From: Candidatus Aceula lacicola
Lineage (GTDB): Bacteria > Omnitrophota > Gorgyraeia > Zapsychrales > Aceulaceae
DNA length: 64,000 nt
NCBI GenBank assembly: GCA_030765785.1
Contig: JAVCCC010000018.1
Coordinates: forward strand, 761 to 64,760
Direction: 5' to 3'
The notes under the pieces are model-generated. The model was given only the letters and a program-made list of their open reading frames with translations, was not told where the DNA came from and searched no databases. The position numbers and the translations under genes were made by a program. Shown here in pieces: positions 9,210 to 20,092 of this stretch (positions are counted from its first letter, which is position 1; each line of letters starts with the position of its first letter).

Positions 9210-11066
9210 CTAGATATTGTTCTGACCCTTGATTCTTTGAAGGATATCAGCAACAAATAGTGAAGCGACACCCCTAATAATGGGATTGCCAGGATCGGCC
9301 TCAAACGCTTTTATGATTCGTTTGATTGCAGCTCCTTGATACCCAAGATCAAAGAGTACCGAGGCTTCGTAAATAAGATCAATATATCCGATATTTTCTT
9401 GAAAAGCGGATTTTTCTTTGTCTGGCGTTGCGACAATTTGATCTAAGGTTTCAAAATCGTCTAGAGATGCCCGTTCGCCTTTTAAGGCGTCCTCGAATTT
9501 TAGGGCTGCTTTCGGAAGATCAAAGTAGTTGCGTTTAACAAAAATGGCATCATCGCCATCAAGAAAAATGAACTGCCATGTGGGATCAGCGATTAGGAAA
9601 TTAGCAAAGTGAGCCTTGTACTCTCCGTTAATCTTTATTGCAACAATTTTAAAATTATATTTTTGCTCAGCAGATTTCCAGTTCTTCTCTGGGTCGCCTA
9701 AAATGAGTTGGTACAGCCTCCCTCTCTCTTGGCTAATTTGTCTCCCATCGTAAAAGGATTTAAGATCGGGATAGCTTGACCAGATAATATAATCTCCGAT
9801 ATCATCTGTATGAAAAATGGATCCGAAAATTTTATGTTGATTGAGAAAATCAATAGCTGTGTTGGGATTGCTGGGATATAACTCAGCGGTGAGCCAAGAC
9901 GTTTTTTGGTTGTTTTTGTAGTTTTTTCGATTGATGATAAGCAAAGATTGTCGTACAAAAATAAGAATAAGAACGAGGGCAATGGCGGTGTTGAGATATT
10001 TTGAGAATTTAAAGGTGTTCCATTTTTTACAGAATGAAGCATTTTTAAATGATTGCGCAATGACAAAAGTCGATCCGATAATAAAAAATCCGCTTCCTCT
10101 TATGGCATAAAAAAAGAAGAAAATTGAGAAAGTTAAAAGGATCGTTAGGAGAAAATCTTTTTTTTCGTTTGAAATTAAAGAGAGAACTGCCAGGAAAAGC
10201 AATCCGTAGAACCAAAATGCCGTTAGTGAAAATGCGTAGAATGGAGCTGATAGTTCGATAATGGTTGCATTTAAGCTGTAGAAACCAATAAATTGAGGGA
10301 ATAAAAAAACTTTCCACGGATACGTTAGGGCGTCAATTCCAGCAGGATTAACAATAAAAGAGATCCAGAATAAAATTAAAATATAAAAAAGATGTTTTGT
10401 TTGTGTTTTGATAGGTGATCGGTCGTTGTTTTTGCTTTGTAAAAAAGAATTAATCCATTCGATAATAGAAGCTCCTAGAAAGATTGAAATTAATAAGCTT
10501 CCATAGACGAAGCTTCCGAGATGCAGGTTTGACCAAATCGTTCCAGCAGGAAGAATCCAGAGTAGTTTTTTAAATGATGGATTTTTTCTGTAAGAAAATA
10601 GAATAATGAGAAAGATTTGAAGGAAAAGAAAGTTAAAAACAAACGGTCTTAGAATGCAGCGATTTGCAAACCCAAAAGCCATGAAAAAAATAATGATCAG
10701 CAACAGATAATACGGGATTTTTTTTCTAGCGTAGAAAAAGAAAATGCTGAGAATGAGAAAAAAGAAAAATGCCCGAAAGATTTTTAGTCCTAGAAACCCT
10801 CCCAAAAGATAGACGTCATAATAGATGGACGAGCCAAGCCACTGAGCGATCGGCTGAGTAAATAAGAGATTTTCGTCTTCAGAGTACGGAACTGGATCAG
10901 TGTAAGGAATCGCCTGGTTTTCTTTTATCCACTCTCCAGTTTTAAGGTGCCACCAAATATCGCCTACTTCAACAGGTCTGAAAAAGAATAAGAGAATAAA
11001 AATAATAAGCGTTAGCAAAGATATGAGTTTTAAAGCTTGTTCTGCTGAGTTTTTGTTATTAATCAT
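9210..11066 (-). CDS. Polytopic membrane protein, possible GT-C-type glycosyltransferase
   Basis: About 10-12 TMs, [12 protein letters not shown] in the first loop, LRP, WSNLH, and FYDGR in the soluble C-domain. Confidence 0.5.
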   Translation of the reverse strand: MINNKNSAEQALKLISLLTLIIFILLFFFRPVEVGDIWWHLKTGEWIKENQAIPYTDPVPYSEDENLLFTQPIAQWLGSSIYYDVYLLGGFLGLKIFRAFFFFLILSIFFFYARKKIPYYLLLIIIFFMAFGFANRCILRPFVFNFLFLQIFLIILFSYRKNPSFKKLLWILPAGTIWSNLHLGSFVYGSLLISIFLGASIIEWINSFLQSKNNDRSPIKTQTKHLFYILILFWISFIVNPAGIDALTYPWKVFLFPQFIGFYSLNATIIELSAPFYAFSLTAFWFYGLLFLAVLSLISNEKKDFLLTILLTFSIFFFFYAIRGSGFFIIGSTFVIAQSFKNASFCKKWNTFKFSKYLNTAIALVLILIFVRQSLLIINRKNYKNNQKTSWLTAELYPSNPNTAIDFLNQHKIFGSIFHTDDIGDYIIWSSYPDLKSFYDGRQISQERGRLYQLILGDPEKNWKSAEQKYNFKIVAIKINGEYKAHFANFLIADPTWQFIFLDGDDAIFVKRNYFDLPKAALKFEDALKGERASLDDFETLDQIVATPDKEKSAFQENIGYIDLIYEASVLFDLGYQGAAIKRIIKAFEADPGNPIIRGVASLFVADILQRIKGQNNI

Positions 11067-13866
11067 GATGTTTTTTGAGATATTGTTTTAAATATTGCCC
11101 CGTATATGATTTTTTGCACTTGATGATTTCTTCAGGAGATCCAGCGAAAATAACTTCGCCCCCTTTGTCTCCTCCTTCAGGTCCGAGATCGATGATATGA
11201 TCAGCGCACTTAACAACCTCGAGATTATGTTCAATAACTAAAACGGTGTTTCCTTTGTCAGCAAGTCTTTGCAGGACCTGAAGAAGTTTGTCGATATCTG
11301 CAAAATGAAGACCTGTGGTGGGCTCGTCTAGAATATACAATGTTTTTCCGGTTGCATATTTGCATAGTTCACTTGCCAGCTTTACACGTTGCGCCTCTCC
11401 TCCAGAAAGAGTTGTTGCAGGCTGCCCTAGCTTGATATAACCAAGGCCAACGTCATCCAATGTTTGAAGGATTTTTGTAACTCGAGGAATATTTTTAAAT
11501 AGTTCAAGAGCTTCTTCGACTGACATGTTCAGGATGTCCGAAATATTTTTTCCTTTATAATGAACTTCTAATGTTTGCTGCGTAAAGCGTTTTCCATGAC
11601 ACACCTCGCATTCTACGTAAACATCGGGAAGAAAATGCATTTCAATTTTTTTGATTCCGTCTCCAGAGCACGCTTCACACCGACCCCCTTTGACATTAAA
11701 GCTAAATCGACCTGGTTTGTAACCGCGCAATTTTGCCTCTGGCATTTGACTCAAAAGTAGGCGGATATCACCAAAGACGTCTGTATATGTTGCAGGATTT
11801 GATCGAGGCGTTCGTCCAATCGGAGATTGGTCAACAACAATAACTTTATCAATATTCTCAATGCCTTTTATTTTTTTGTGAGCTCCAGGTTTTTCCTTAG
11901 CATGGTAAATATGCTGAGCCAAGGCATTATAAAGGACGTCGGAAACAAGAGTTGACTTTCCTGACCCAGAAACGCCTGTTACGCAAATAAATGTTCCTAG
12001 AGGAAAGGCAATGTTGATTTTCTTAAGGTTGTGTTCTGCCGCTTGAATAATTTCAATTTGATGTGATTTTTTGGCTGAGCGTCGTTTTTTTGGAACGCTA
12101 ATACTTAGCTTCCCATTTAAATATTTTCCAGTAAGTGATTTCTTGGAACGGAGCATACCCTTAATGTCTCCGGCATAAACGATTTCTCCTCCATGTGTTC
12201 CTGCTCCAGGCCCAAGATCAATGATATAATCGGCAGATCGAATGGTGTCCTCATCGTGTTCAACAACAATTAAAGTATTTCCAATGTCGCGTAGCGATTG
12301 GAGCGTTTTTAAAAGCATGGCATTATCTTTTTGATGGAGACCAATGCTTGGTTCATCGAGGATATAGATAACTCCAACGAGGCCCGAGCCGACTTGTGTT
12401 GCCAGGCGAATGCGTTCGGCTTCACCTCCAGATAGAGTTGCGCTTTTTCGGTCAAGCGTAAGATAACCAAGACCGACGTTGATACAAAAATCGAGACGTC
12501 GGTTGATTTCTTTTAGAATTTGTTCACTGATGATTGTTTTCGTTTTCGATAATTTAAGATTGTGAAAAAAGGTTTTTGCTTGAATAATGGATAAACGAGT
12601 GACTTCAGAAATATTCTTTCTAGAAAAGTGAATGGCTAAAGATTCTTTTTTTAGTCGATTCCCCGAACATTCCACGCATGGCGAAATAGACATGAAGTCT
12701 GAGATTTCACTTTTAAGCCAATCGCTATCACTGTCACGAAAAAGTCTTTCAAGATAAGCAATAACCCCTTCGAACTGTCGATCCCAAATTTCATCATTAG
12801 ATCCATGCAGAACAATATTTTTCATTTTTTTTGTTAAATTTTTAAAAGGTGCTTGCGGGTCGATATTGTAGACACTAGCAATTTCTCGCAAAACAGCGCG
12901 GTAATACATCATGTAGCTGCGACGTCCTTTTCGCCAAGGAGCAACGGCATTGATCCACGGTTTTTCGAAATCAGGGACGAGAAGCTCAGGATCGATTTCC
13001 ATTTTTGTTCCGAGCCCATTGCATTTTGGGCACGCCCCGTAAGGAGAATTAAATGAAAAGATGCGCGGTTCGATTTCGGATAAATTTATTCCGCAGTCAA
13101 TGCAGGCATAGCGTTCGCTAAATGTTTTATCTTCTTTTTTTTCATTTGAAATAAGGACAAGCCCTTCTCCAATTTTTAGTGCGGTTTCAAGCGAGTCGAC
13201 TAAGCGTTTTTTGATGCCAGGTTTAATTTTTATTCGGTCAACGACGATTTCGATATGGTGGATTTTAAATTTATCCAGCTTGACTTTAGATTCCGTATCG
13301 TAGATTGTTCCGTCGACGCGCAAGCGTGCAAATCCAGCTTTTGCGACCTGCGTTTGAATATTGCGATATTCCCCTTTTCTCCCTCTGATAATCGGTGCAA
13401 GGATGCTAATTTGCTCTGAAGGTTTCATGGAAAGAATTTGATGTGCAATTTCTTCAACTGTCTGGCGTTCAATTTTTTTTCCGCAAACATGACAGTAAGG
13501 GGTGCCAGCGCGAGCAAACAACAGTCTCAGGTAATCATAAATTTCTGTTTGCGTGGCAACAGTTGAGCGGGGATTTCGGCTGGTTGTTTTTTGTTCGATT
13601 GAAATCGTTGGAGACAATCCTTCGATATGCTCAACGTTGGGTTTTTGAAGTTGTTCTAGAAATTGACGCGCGTAGGCTGATAAACTTTCGACATAGCGTC
13701 GCTGGCCTTCTGCATAGATGGTGTCGAATGCCAAAGATGATTTTCCAGAACCACTTAAACCTGTTACGACAACAAATTTATTACGTGGAATTTTTAGACT
13801 GATATTCTTTAAGTTGTGCTCTTTTGCACCGTCAATGCGAATGTAATTATTTCTTTGTGAAGTCAT
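11059..13866 (-). CDS. uvrA: Excinuclease ABC subunit A
   Basis: Two Walker A motifs ([16 protein letters not shown]), two LSGGEA signatures and Zn fingers. Confidence 0.99.
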   Translation of the reverse strand: MTSQRNNYIRIDGAKEHNLKNISLKIPRNKFVVVTGLSGSGKSSLAFDTIYAEGQRRYVESLSAYARQFLEQLQKPNVEHIEGLSPTISIEQKTTSRNPRSTVATQTEIYDYLRLLFARAGTPYCHVCGKKIERQTVEEIAHQILSMKPSEQISILAPIIRGRKGEYRNIQTQVAKAGFARLRVDGTIYDTESKVKLDKFKIHHIEIVVDRIKIKPGIKKRLVDSLETALKIGEGLVLISNEKKEDKTFSERYACIDCGINLSEIEPRIFSFNSPYGACPKCNGLGTKMEIDPELLVPDFEKPWINAVAPWRKGRRSYMMYYRAVLREIASVYNIDPQAPFKNLTKKMKNIVLHGSNDEIWDRQFEGVIAYLERLFRDSDSDWLKSEISDFMSISPCVECSGNRLKKESLAIHFSRKNISEVTRLSIIQAKTFFHNLKLSKTKTIISEQILKEINRRLDFCINVGLGYLTLDRKSATLSGGEAERIRLATQVGSGLVGVIYILDEPSIGLHQKDNAMLLKTLQSLRDIGNTLIVVEHDEDTIRSADYIIDLGPGAGTHGGEIVYAGDIKGMLRSKKSLTGKYLNGKLSISVPKKRRSAKKSHQIEIIQAAEHNLKKINIAFPLGTFICVTGVSGSGKSTLVSDVLYNALAQHIYHAKEKPGAHKKIKGIENIDKVIVVDQSPIGRTPRSNPATYTDVFGDIRLLLSQMPEAKLRGYKPGRFSFNVKGGRCEACSGDGIKKIEMHFLPDVYVECEVCHGKRFTQQTLEVHYKGKNISDILNMSVEEALELFKNIPRVTKILQTLDDVGLGYIKLGQPATTLSGGEAQRVKLASELCKYATGKTLYILDEPTTGLHFADIDKLLQVLQRLADKGNTVLVIEHNLEVVKCADHIIDLGPEGGDKGGEVIFAGSPEEIIKCKKSYTGQYLKQYLKKHHD

Positions 13867-13882
13867 GTTTTTTTGAATTGAT

Positions 13883-13922
13883 TTAAAATAGCCCTTACAA
13901 AAAATTGTAAGGGCTATTTTAA
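13883..13922 (-). terminator. Perfect 18-bp hairpin, terminator or stabiliser after the histone-like gene
   Basis: TTAAAATAGCCCTTACAA-aaaa-TTGTAAGGGCTATTTTAA. Confidence 0.75.
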
Positions 13923-13934
13923 GTTAGGATAGAA

Positions 13935-14330
13935 CTATTTCTTTTTTGCTTTTTTAGCTACCTTCTTTTTAGCTGTCTTCTTAACTACTTTTTTCTTTGC
14001 AGCCTTCTTTTTGACAACCTTCTTTTTGGCAACCTTCTTTTTAGCAACTTTCTTTTTAGCGACTTTCTTTTTAGCGACTTTCTTTGCTACCTTCTTTTTC
14101 TTCTTTTTGCCGCCTCGTACCATTTTAGCGCAGGATACGTCTCCTTGTTTATCTACGAAATAGAGATATCCTTTTTCTTTTGTGACGCCAACTTTAGCAA
14201 CCTTTTTTGGCTTACCGCCCTTTTTGTTGCCTCGTGCCATCAAAGCGCAGGATACGTCTCCACTCTTATCGATAAAATAGAGATATCCTTTCTCTCTTTT
14301 GATACCGACTTTTGCTACTTTCTTAGCCAT
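13935..14330 (-). CDS. Lysine-rich histone H1-like putative nucleoid protein with duplicated N-terminal domain
   Basis: Two copies of KKVAKVG..(R/K)EKGYLYF.DK.GDVSCA.M.RG, then a (VAKKK)n tail. Strong SD (AGGAGG). Confidence 0.75.
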   Translation of the reverse strand: MAKKVAKVGIKREKGYLYFIDKSGDVSCALMARGNKKGGKPKKVAKVGVTKEKGYLYFVDKQGDVSCAKMVRGGKKKKKKVAKKVAKKKVAKKKVAKKKVAKKKVVKKKAAKKKVVKKTAKKKVAKKAKKK

Positions 14331-14346
14331 TTTTTTTCACCTCCTT

Positions 14347-15177
14347 TCAAGTGCCTATTTTGATAGGGTTAAAAAATTGTTTTAATGTTTGCATTGCTGA
14401 TAAAACAGCTAAATAGCTTGTTTTTGGGTTGTCCGGACAGACGACGTTTTCTGTGCGCGTTGCTAGACGTCCAAATTTTCCAAAAACTTCAATTTCGTGT
14501 GAATTCACTTTAAAATTTGGTGAAGTGATAATGCGAATGCGAATGCGGTCTTTGGCTCCTGATCCGAGAGCAATAGTTGCGGCCACATTAATGTTGCGAG
14601 GGAAAAGTTTTACAGCTTGATCGACAGTCCCGTCAAAGATAACAGTTTCTGTTTTAATGCAATTTATATCAATCCCTTTTTTTGTTAAATATGAAGATTG
14701 GCTTAATCCAGATGGAGGCTTGCGTGTTGTGAGTGTGATATTCGAGATGTTCTCAGCGCCAACAGATTTAATGACATCAATGCCGCTTATTGCGCCAGAT
14801 GGAATAAGAATATCGGTGTTATTTTTAGCGGCGAGCCGAAAGACGTCGTACGCGTTTAATACTTTGCCTGTACTCATAATAAGAATACTTTTTTTGGCAC
14901 GCACAACCTGACGAATAATTTTTGTAGTATCCGTTGAGGCAATGGCCTCAACAATAAAGTCGCAGGATTTGATTATCTGGGATAAAGATTTTTTGATAAG
15001 AGTTTTTTTGAGCTTTAGATTTGATGTAAGAGCAAGAGTTTTTTCTGGGAAAACGTCATAAAGACCGGAAATAGTGCAGTATGGTTTTAAATCTTGTTTA
15101 ACGCTTTTTGCTAAACGTGACCCAATGGCACCGCAGCCGATGAATCCAATTTTAAGTTTTTGTTTTTTTGACTTCAT
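14347..15177 (-). CDS. nadX: L-aspartate dehydrogenase
   Basis: GCGAIG Rossmann motif, PSGAISGID, TTRKPP, FPRNINVAA, HEI, NPKTSYLA. Confidence 0.92.
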   Translation of the reverse strand: MKSKKQKLKIGFIGCGAIGSRLAKSVKQDLKPYCTISGLYDVFPEKTLALTSNLKLKKTLIKKSLSQIIKSCDFIVEAIASTDTTKIIRQVVRAKKSILIMSTGKVLNAYDVFRLAAKNNTDILIPSGAISGIDVIKSVGAENISNITLTTRKPPSGLSQSSYLTKKGIDINCIKTETVIFDGTVDQAVKLFPRNINVAATIALGSGAKDRIRIRIITSPNFKVNSHEIEVFGKFGRLATRTENVVCPDNPKTSYLAVLSAMQTLKQFFNPIKIGT

Positions 15178-16019
15178 GCGTCAATGATAATGTTATCAAT
15201 CAATCGGGTTTTTCCGATAAATATTGCGAGAGCAATTAATGTTTTTTTATAAATCATTTTTGTTGGCTTTAATGTTTTTGCATCGACACAAGCGACATAA
15301 TCAATTTTAGCACCAGGGTTTTTTAACACAACCTTTTTTACTTTCTCAATAATTTTTGTTGAACGTCTTTCCCCTGAGCGAATTATTTTTTTTGCAACTA
15401 TTAAGCTTTGATAAAGACAAGCAGCTTGTTTGCGTTCTTGAGAGTTTAGATAGCTGTTGCGAGAACTCATCGCAAGCCCGTCCTTCTCTCGGACAATCGG
15501 AAGCGTCCTCACCGTAAGATTCCAATTTAAATCTTCAACCATGCGCTTAACGACAATGGCTTGCTGCGCATCTTTTTGTCCGAGATAAATGGCGTTAGGG
15601 GTAACGCCATTTATCAGCTTTGCCACAATCGTTGCGACTCCCTGAAAATGACCTGGTCGAGATTTTCCGCAAAGAACATTTGCTGTTTTACCGATGTTTA
15701 TATATGTCAAATAACCCATCGGATACATTTTTTTTATCGACGGATAAAATATTATATCAACTTTTTCTTTTTTTGCCAATACTTCATCTTGTTTTTTATC
15801 TCGAGGGTATTTTTTAAAATCTTCCTTTGGTCCGAATTGAGCGGGATTCACAAAGATGCTAAGAATTGTGATGTCGTTTTCTTTTTTACTTCTTCGAATG
15901 AGTGACAGGTGTCCTTCGTGTAGGTATCCCATCGTCGGGACAAAGCCAATTGTTTTTTTGTTTTGTTTTGCCTTTAGAGAAAACAGCTGCATTTGTTTAA
16001 TTGTTTTTATAACTTTCAT
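15174..16019 (-). CDS. panC: Pantoate--beta-alanine ligase
   Basis: VPTMGYLHEGH, SRPGHFQGV, GLAMSSRN, RLIDN. Confidence 0.98.
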   Translation of the reverse strand: MKVIKTIKQMQLFSLKAKQNKKTIGFVPTMGYLHEGHLSLIRRSKKENDITILSIFVNPAQFGPKEDFKKYPRDKKQDEVLAKKEKVDIIFYPSIKKMYPMGYLTYINIGKTANVLCGKSRPGHFQGVATIVAKLINGVTPNAIYLGQKDAQQAIVVKRMVEDLNWNLTVRTLPIVREKDGLAMSSRNSYLNSQERKQAACLYQSLIVAKKIIRSGERRSTKIIEKVKKVVLKNPGAKIDYVACVDAKTLKPTKMIYKKTLIALAIFIGKTRLIDNIIIDA

Positions 16020-16444
16020 TGAGTGACCCCAGATATTCTTTTAGCAATTTCAGGATAGATTTCTTCTAAAGGAGCCATGACGAAATGACGCGTAAACATC
16101 TCTGCGTGCGGAATGGTGAGATTTTTAGTTTGAAGATTGATATTATCATAAAGAAGAATATCGATATCAATGATACGTGGTCCATGATGAATCGCTTTAA
16201 TACGTCCTAAATTTTTTTCGATTTTTTTAATTGTTTTTAGTAATTCTTCAGGAGAAAATACGGTGGTTGCTTTAACGACAGCATTTAAGAATTTTTCTTG
16301 AGGTGGTCCTATAGGATCTGTCTCAATAATAGAGGAAGTTTTTTTAACACAGATGTCGTGTTTGCTTAGTTCGTCAATGGCGCGTTCTATGTTGTTTTGG
16401 CGATCGCCGATGTTTGATCCTAGACCAAGATAGATAACGCTCAA
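16016..16444 (-). CDS. folK: 2-amino-4-hydroxy-6-hydroxymethyldihydropteridine diphosphokinase
   Basis: YLGLGSNIG, FLNAV, GPRIIDIDILLY. Probable TTG start at 16444. Confidence 0.96.
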   Translation of the reverse strand: MSVIYLGLGSNIGDRQNNIERAIDELSKHDICVKKTSSIIETDPIGPPQEKFLNAVVKATTVFSPEELLKTIKKIEKNLGRIKAIHHGPRIIDIDILLYDNINLQTKNLTIPHAEMFTRHFVMAPLEEIYPEIAKRISGVTQ

Positions 16445-16473
16445 CTTTAAAATACTCCGCAATAGTGATTGTA

Positions 16474-17625
16474 TTAAAGAATTTCTTTAAGTCGTTTTGC
16501 TGCTTCAACAAGACGTTCTTTGGAAACTGTCAACGCCATTCGGATATATCCTTCCCCACATTTTCCAAAACCAAGTCCTGGGGTGGCGACAATATTGGCT
16601 TGATCTAAAAAGGCTTTAGCCGCTTCCATTGAATTTTTAAATTTCTTTGGGATAGGTGCCCAAATATAAAATGTTGCTTTTGGAGCAGGCACATCCCAGC
16701 CAGCTTTTTTCAATGCTTTAATAAAAACATCCCTTCTTTCTTGGCAAAGTGTGCGCATATCCGAAGCTGCCTTGTCACCATTTTTTAACGCTTCAATACC
16801 GGCAACTTGAATAGCTTGAAAAACGCCAGAATCAATATTTGCTTTTACTTTGGCAATGGCTGAAATTAGCTTTGGATTTCCGCAAGCCCATCCAATACGC
16901 CAGCCTGTCATGAAGAATGTTTTAGACAAAGAATGGAATTCGATAACAACATCTTTAGCATCCTTCACTTCTAGAAGGCTTAGAGGTTTTTCGTTGTCAT
17001 AATAGACTTCAGAATATGCAAGATCAGAAATAAGAATAATTCCTTTTTCTTTTGCAAGAGCGATTAGATTTTTCAAATAGTCTTTTGTTACAACCGCAGC
17101 TGTCGGATTATTAGGATAATTTAAAAAGATAGCTTTTGCATTTTTTAAATTTTCAAGTTTTGGTAAAAACCCGTTTTCTTCGGAAAGCTCAATAGAGACA
17201 ACTTTTCCTCCGGCAAACATGACAGATGATCGATATGCAGGATAGCATGGATCTGGAATCAAAACTTTATCTCCTGGATTAATAATTCCAAGAGGTAAGT
17301 GCGTTAATCCTTCTTTTGATCCGATCAAGGGATAAATTTCTGTTGCTGGATCAAGGGTGATGCCAAATCGTTTTTTAGACCAATCGGCGATTGTTTGTCG
17401 AAGTTCAGGAAGGCCTGCGTCTAACGCATAATGATGATTTGCTCCGTCTTGAGCTGCTTTTGAGAGCGCATCGATGATAAACTGTGGTGTTGGTGAATCA
17501 GGATCTCCAATGCCGAGATCAATGATGTCTCTGCCTTCTGATTTTGCTTGACGTTTTGCTTTGTCAATTTCAGCAAAAAGATATGGTGGCAGTTGTTTTA
17601 AGCGATCTGAAAATTCAATGTTCAT
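16474..17625 (-). CDS. dapL: LL-diaminopimelate aminotransferase
   Basis: LPPYLFA, GIGDPD, NYPNNPT, SLSKTF.MTGWR. Lies in the dap cluster. Confidence 0.9.
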   Translation of the reverse strand: MNIEFSDRLKQLPPYLFAEIDKAKRQAKSEGRDIIDLGIGDPDSPTPQFIIDALSKAAQDGANHHYALDAGLPELRQTIADWSKKRFGITLDPATEIYPLIGSKEGLTHLPLGIINPGDKVLIPDPCYPAYRSSVMFAGGKVVSIELSEENGFLPKLENLKNAKAIFLNYPNNPTAAVVTKDYLKNLIALAKEKGIILISDLAYSEVYYDNEKPLSLLEVKDAKDVVIEFHSLSKTFFMTGWRIGWACGNPKLISAIAKVKANIDSGVFQAIQVAGIEALKNGDKAASDMRTLCQERRDVFIKALKKAGWDVPAPKATFYIWAPIPKKFKNSMEAAKAFLDQANIVATPGLGFGKCGEGYIRMALTVSKERLVEAAKRLKEIL

Positions 17626-17644
17626 AACTTCTAATACCTTTCTT

Positions 17645-18364
17645 CTATTTGATTCCTAAAACATCATGCATGTTAAACAGGCCTGTTTTGTGATTCATAA
17701 TAAATTTTGCAGCAACGAGCGAACCTTGAACAAAGATGTCTCGTGTTTTGGCATGATGACTAATGGTGATAACATCCACATCGCTTTCAAAAATAACATC
17801 GTGATCGCCAACAATTTCTCCTTCTCGGACAGAATTGAAATCGTCAACTTTTTTTGCATTTGATTTTTCAACATATTGCGCAAGAGTTTTGGCTGTTCCT
17901 GAAGGCGCGTCTTTTTTGTGGATATGGTGCGCCTCTGTGATTCGAACTTTATATTCACTCCCTGTTCTGCTGGAAAGCTCTTCAGCCATCTTAAAAACGA
18001 TATTAACGCCGACAGACATATTGGATGAAAAGACAATAGCTGTTTTTGACGCTGCGTTCTCAATAGTTTTAATTCCGCTTTCAGAAAGGCCAGTTGTCCC
18101 GATGACCATTTTTATGTTGTTTTCTGCACAGAATGAAACATTAGTCATGGTTGATTCCGGCAATGTAAAGTCGATCAATATATCGGCATTTTTTAAATCA
18201 TCGAGGTGCGAGGTGACATCAATTCCGTCAACCACCTTTCCAATATCAGGGTGGTCTTTTTTTTCAAGCAATGCTACGATATCAAAATCTTTATCTTCTT
18301 TTGCAAAACGATAAATGCTTTGGCCCATGCGACCAAGAGATCCTGTAATAGCTAAGCGAATCAT
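17645..18364 (-). CDS. dapB: 4-hydroxy-tetrahydrodipicolinate reductase
   Basis: GRMG, GTTG, EAHHIHKKDAPSGTA. Confidence 0.98.
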   Translation of the reverse strand: MIRLAITGSLGRMGQSIYRFAKEDKDFDIVALLEKKDHPDIGKVVDGIDVTSHLDDLKNADILIDFTLPESTMTNVSFCAENNIKMVIGTTGLSESGIKTIENAASKTAIVFSSNMSVGVNIVFKMAEELSSRTGSEYKVRITEAHHIHKKDAPSGTAKTLAQYVEKSNAKKVDDFNSVREGEIVGDHDVIFESDVDVITISHHAKTRDIFVQGSLVAAKFIMNHKTGLFNMHDVLGIK

Positions 18365-18377
18365 AGAAACTCCTCTT

Positions 18378-19256
18378 TTATTTTAATAAACCATAATTTC
18401 TTAGAGCTGTTTTTAGTTTATCAACATTTTCTGCTGTCATTGGCGATAAAGGCAGGCGCAGTTCATCAGAACACATGCCTAAAATACCCATTGCTGTTTT
18501 AATCGGCGCAGGATTTGTTTCAATAAACATAGCTTTGATAAGTGGCAATAATTTATAATGAATGTCTTGCGCTGTTTTAAGGTCTCCCTTTTCCATCGCA
18601 GCACAAAGGTTTGCCGTTTCTTTAGGTAAAATATTGGCAATAACAGAAATGACGCCAATTCCTCCGACAGCCATTGTTGGAAGCGTTAATGCATCATCCC
18701 CTGAAAAGATTAAGAAATCTTTTGGACAAAGCAATCGAATCGCGCTTGTTTGATCAAGGGATCCTGATGCTTCCTTAACGCCGATAATATTTTTACAGTC
18801 TTTGGCAAGTCGTGCAATTGTTGTAGGTTCAATGTTGCGTGCTGTGCGCCCTTCAATGTTGTAAAGAATAATTGGAATCTTAACACTTTCGGCAACGGCT
18901 TTAAAATGTTGATAAAGGCCTTCTTGCATGGGTTTATTGTAGTATGGAGTAACTTGTAAAGAGGCATCAGCGCCAGCTTCGGCAGCATGTTTTGTTAGCT
19001 CGATAGCTTCAGCTGTTGAGTTAGACCCTGTTCCGGCTAGAATCGGAATTCTTTTATTAGAGGCTTCGATGCAAACTTCGATAACGCGTTCATGTTCTTT
19101 TGGTGTTAGCGTTGGAGATTCTCCCGTTGTGCCACATGGTAAAATAGCGCTTGTTCCGTTTTTAATATGGAACTCCACGAGCTCTCCTAGTTTTTTTTCA
19201 TCGACTTGCTCATTTTTAAAAGGTGTGACGATAGCAACCATAGATCCTTTAAGCAT
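18378..19256 (-). CDS. dapA: 4-hydroxy-tetrahydrodipicolinate synthase
   Basis: GTTGES, PYYNKP, GVKEAS, SGDD. Confidence 0.98.
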   Translation of the reverse strand: MLKGSMVAIVTPFKNEQVDEKKLGELVEFHIKNGTSAILPCGTTGESPTLTPKEHERVIEVCIEASNKRIPILAGTGSNSTAEAIELTKHAAEAGADASLQVTPYYNKPMQEGLYQHFKAVAESVKIPIILYNIEGRTARNIEPTTIARLAKDCKNIIGVKEASGSLDQTSAIRLLCPKDFLIFSGDDALTLPTMAVGGIGVISVIANILPKETANLCAAMEKGDLKTAQDIHYKLLPLIKAMFIETNPAPIKTAMGILGMCSDELRLPLSPMTAENVDKLKTALRNYGLLK

Positions 19257-19267
19257 TTTTTCCTCCG

Positions 19268-20092
19268 TTAGTTGATATAAAAATTTCCTTCAGCAATAAA
19301 ATTTGCACTTCCGGTCAACCAAACATTTGTTATTTGGTCTTCGTTCAAATCAAAGCAAATTGAAAGCACTTCCCCGCTTTTTGTCTTAACTTTTATCGAG
19401 GCATTCTTCCTTGAATCAAGTTTCGGGTTTGCCTTTAGGAGCGAAACAATCGCACTGGCAACGCTTCCTGTTCCGCAGGCGCGTGTTTCTGCCTCGACTC
19501 CGCGTTCGTATGTGCGAACAGCAATTAGACTGTTGCTTATTTGCTCAACAAAATTAACATTTGTCCCGCGTGGTTGAAACTTCTCAGAAAAACGAATTTT
19601 TTGGCCCAATGTGTTAACGTCAATCCCAGCAAGGCCGTCCACAAAACAAACGACATGCGGAACGCCTGTATCAATATAGCTTAAGCGAATAGATCTATTG
19701 TTAACTAAAACGGAAATGTCTTCAGTGTAATCTTTTGGGTCACTAAGTCGGACACTGATAAGCTTTTCTTTCTTTTTAGCTAAAACAATGCCTGCTTTTG
19801 TTTCCATGCCAAATATTTTTTTTGTCGGTTTTTTTGTTTTTAAAATATATGCTGCCATACACCGGGCCCCATTGCCGCACATTTCAGCTTCTGAGCCATC
19901 GGGATTGATAATGCGCATTTTGTAATCTGTTTTTTTAGATTTATCTAGAACCACTAAGCCATCTGCACCAAGCCCATCTGTTCGATGGCATATTTTTTTA
20001 GCAAGACTTTTAGCATTGAGTTTAGCTGACGCGTTAACAATGATAAAATCATTGCCGGCACCACACATTTTTGTAAAAGAAACTTTTTTCAT
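19268..20092 (-). CDS. dapF: Diaminopimelate epimerase
   Basis: GAGNDF, EMCGNG, ERGV..ETRACGTG. Confidence 0.98.
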   Translation of the reverse strand: MKKVSFTKMCGAGNDFIIVNASAKLNAKSLAKKICHRTDGLGADGLVVLDKSKKTDYKMRIINPDGSEAEMCGNGARCMAAYILKTKKPTKKIFGMETKAGIVLAKKKEKLISVRLSDPKDYTEDISVLVNNRSIRLSYIDTGVPHVVCFVDGLAGIDVNTLGQKIRFSEKFQPRGTNVNFVEQISNSLIAVRTYERGVEAETRACGTGSVASAIVSLLKANPKLDSRKNASIKVKTKSGEVLSICFDLNEDQITNVWLTGSANFIAEGNFYIN

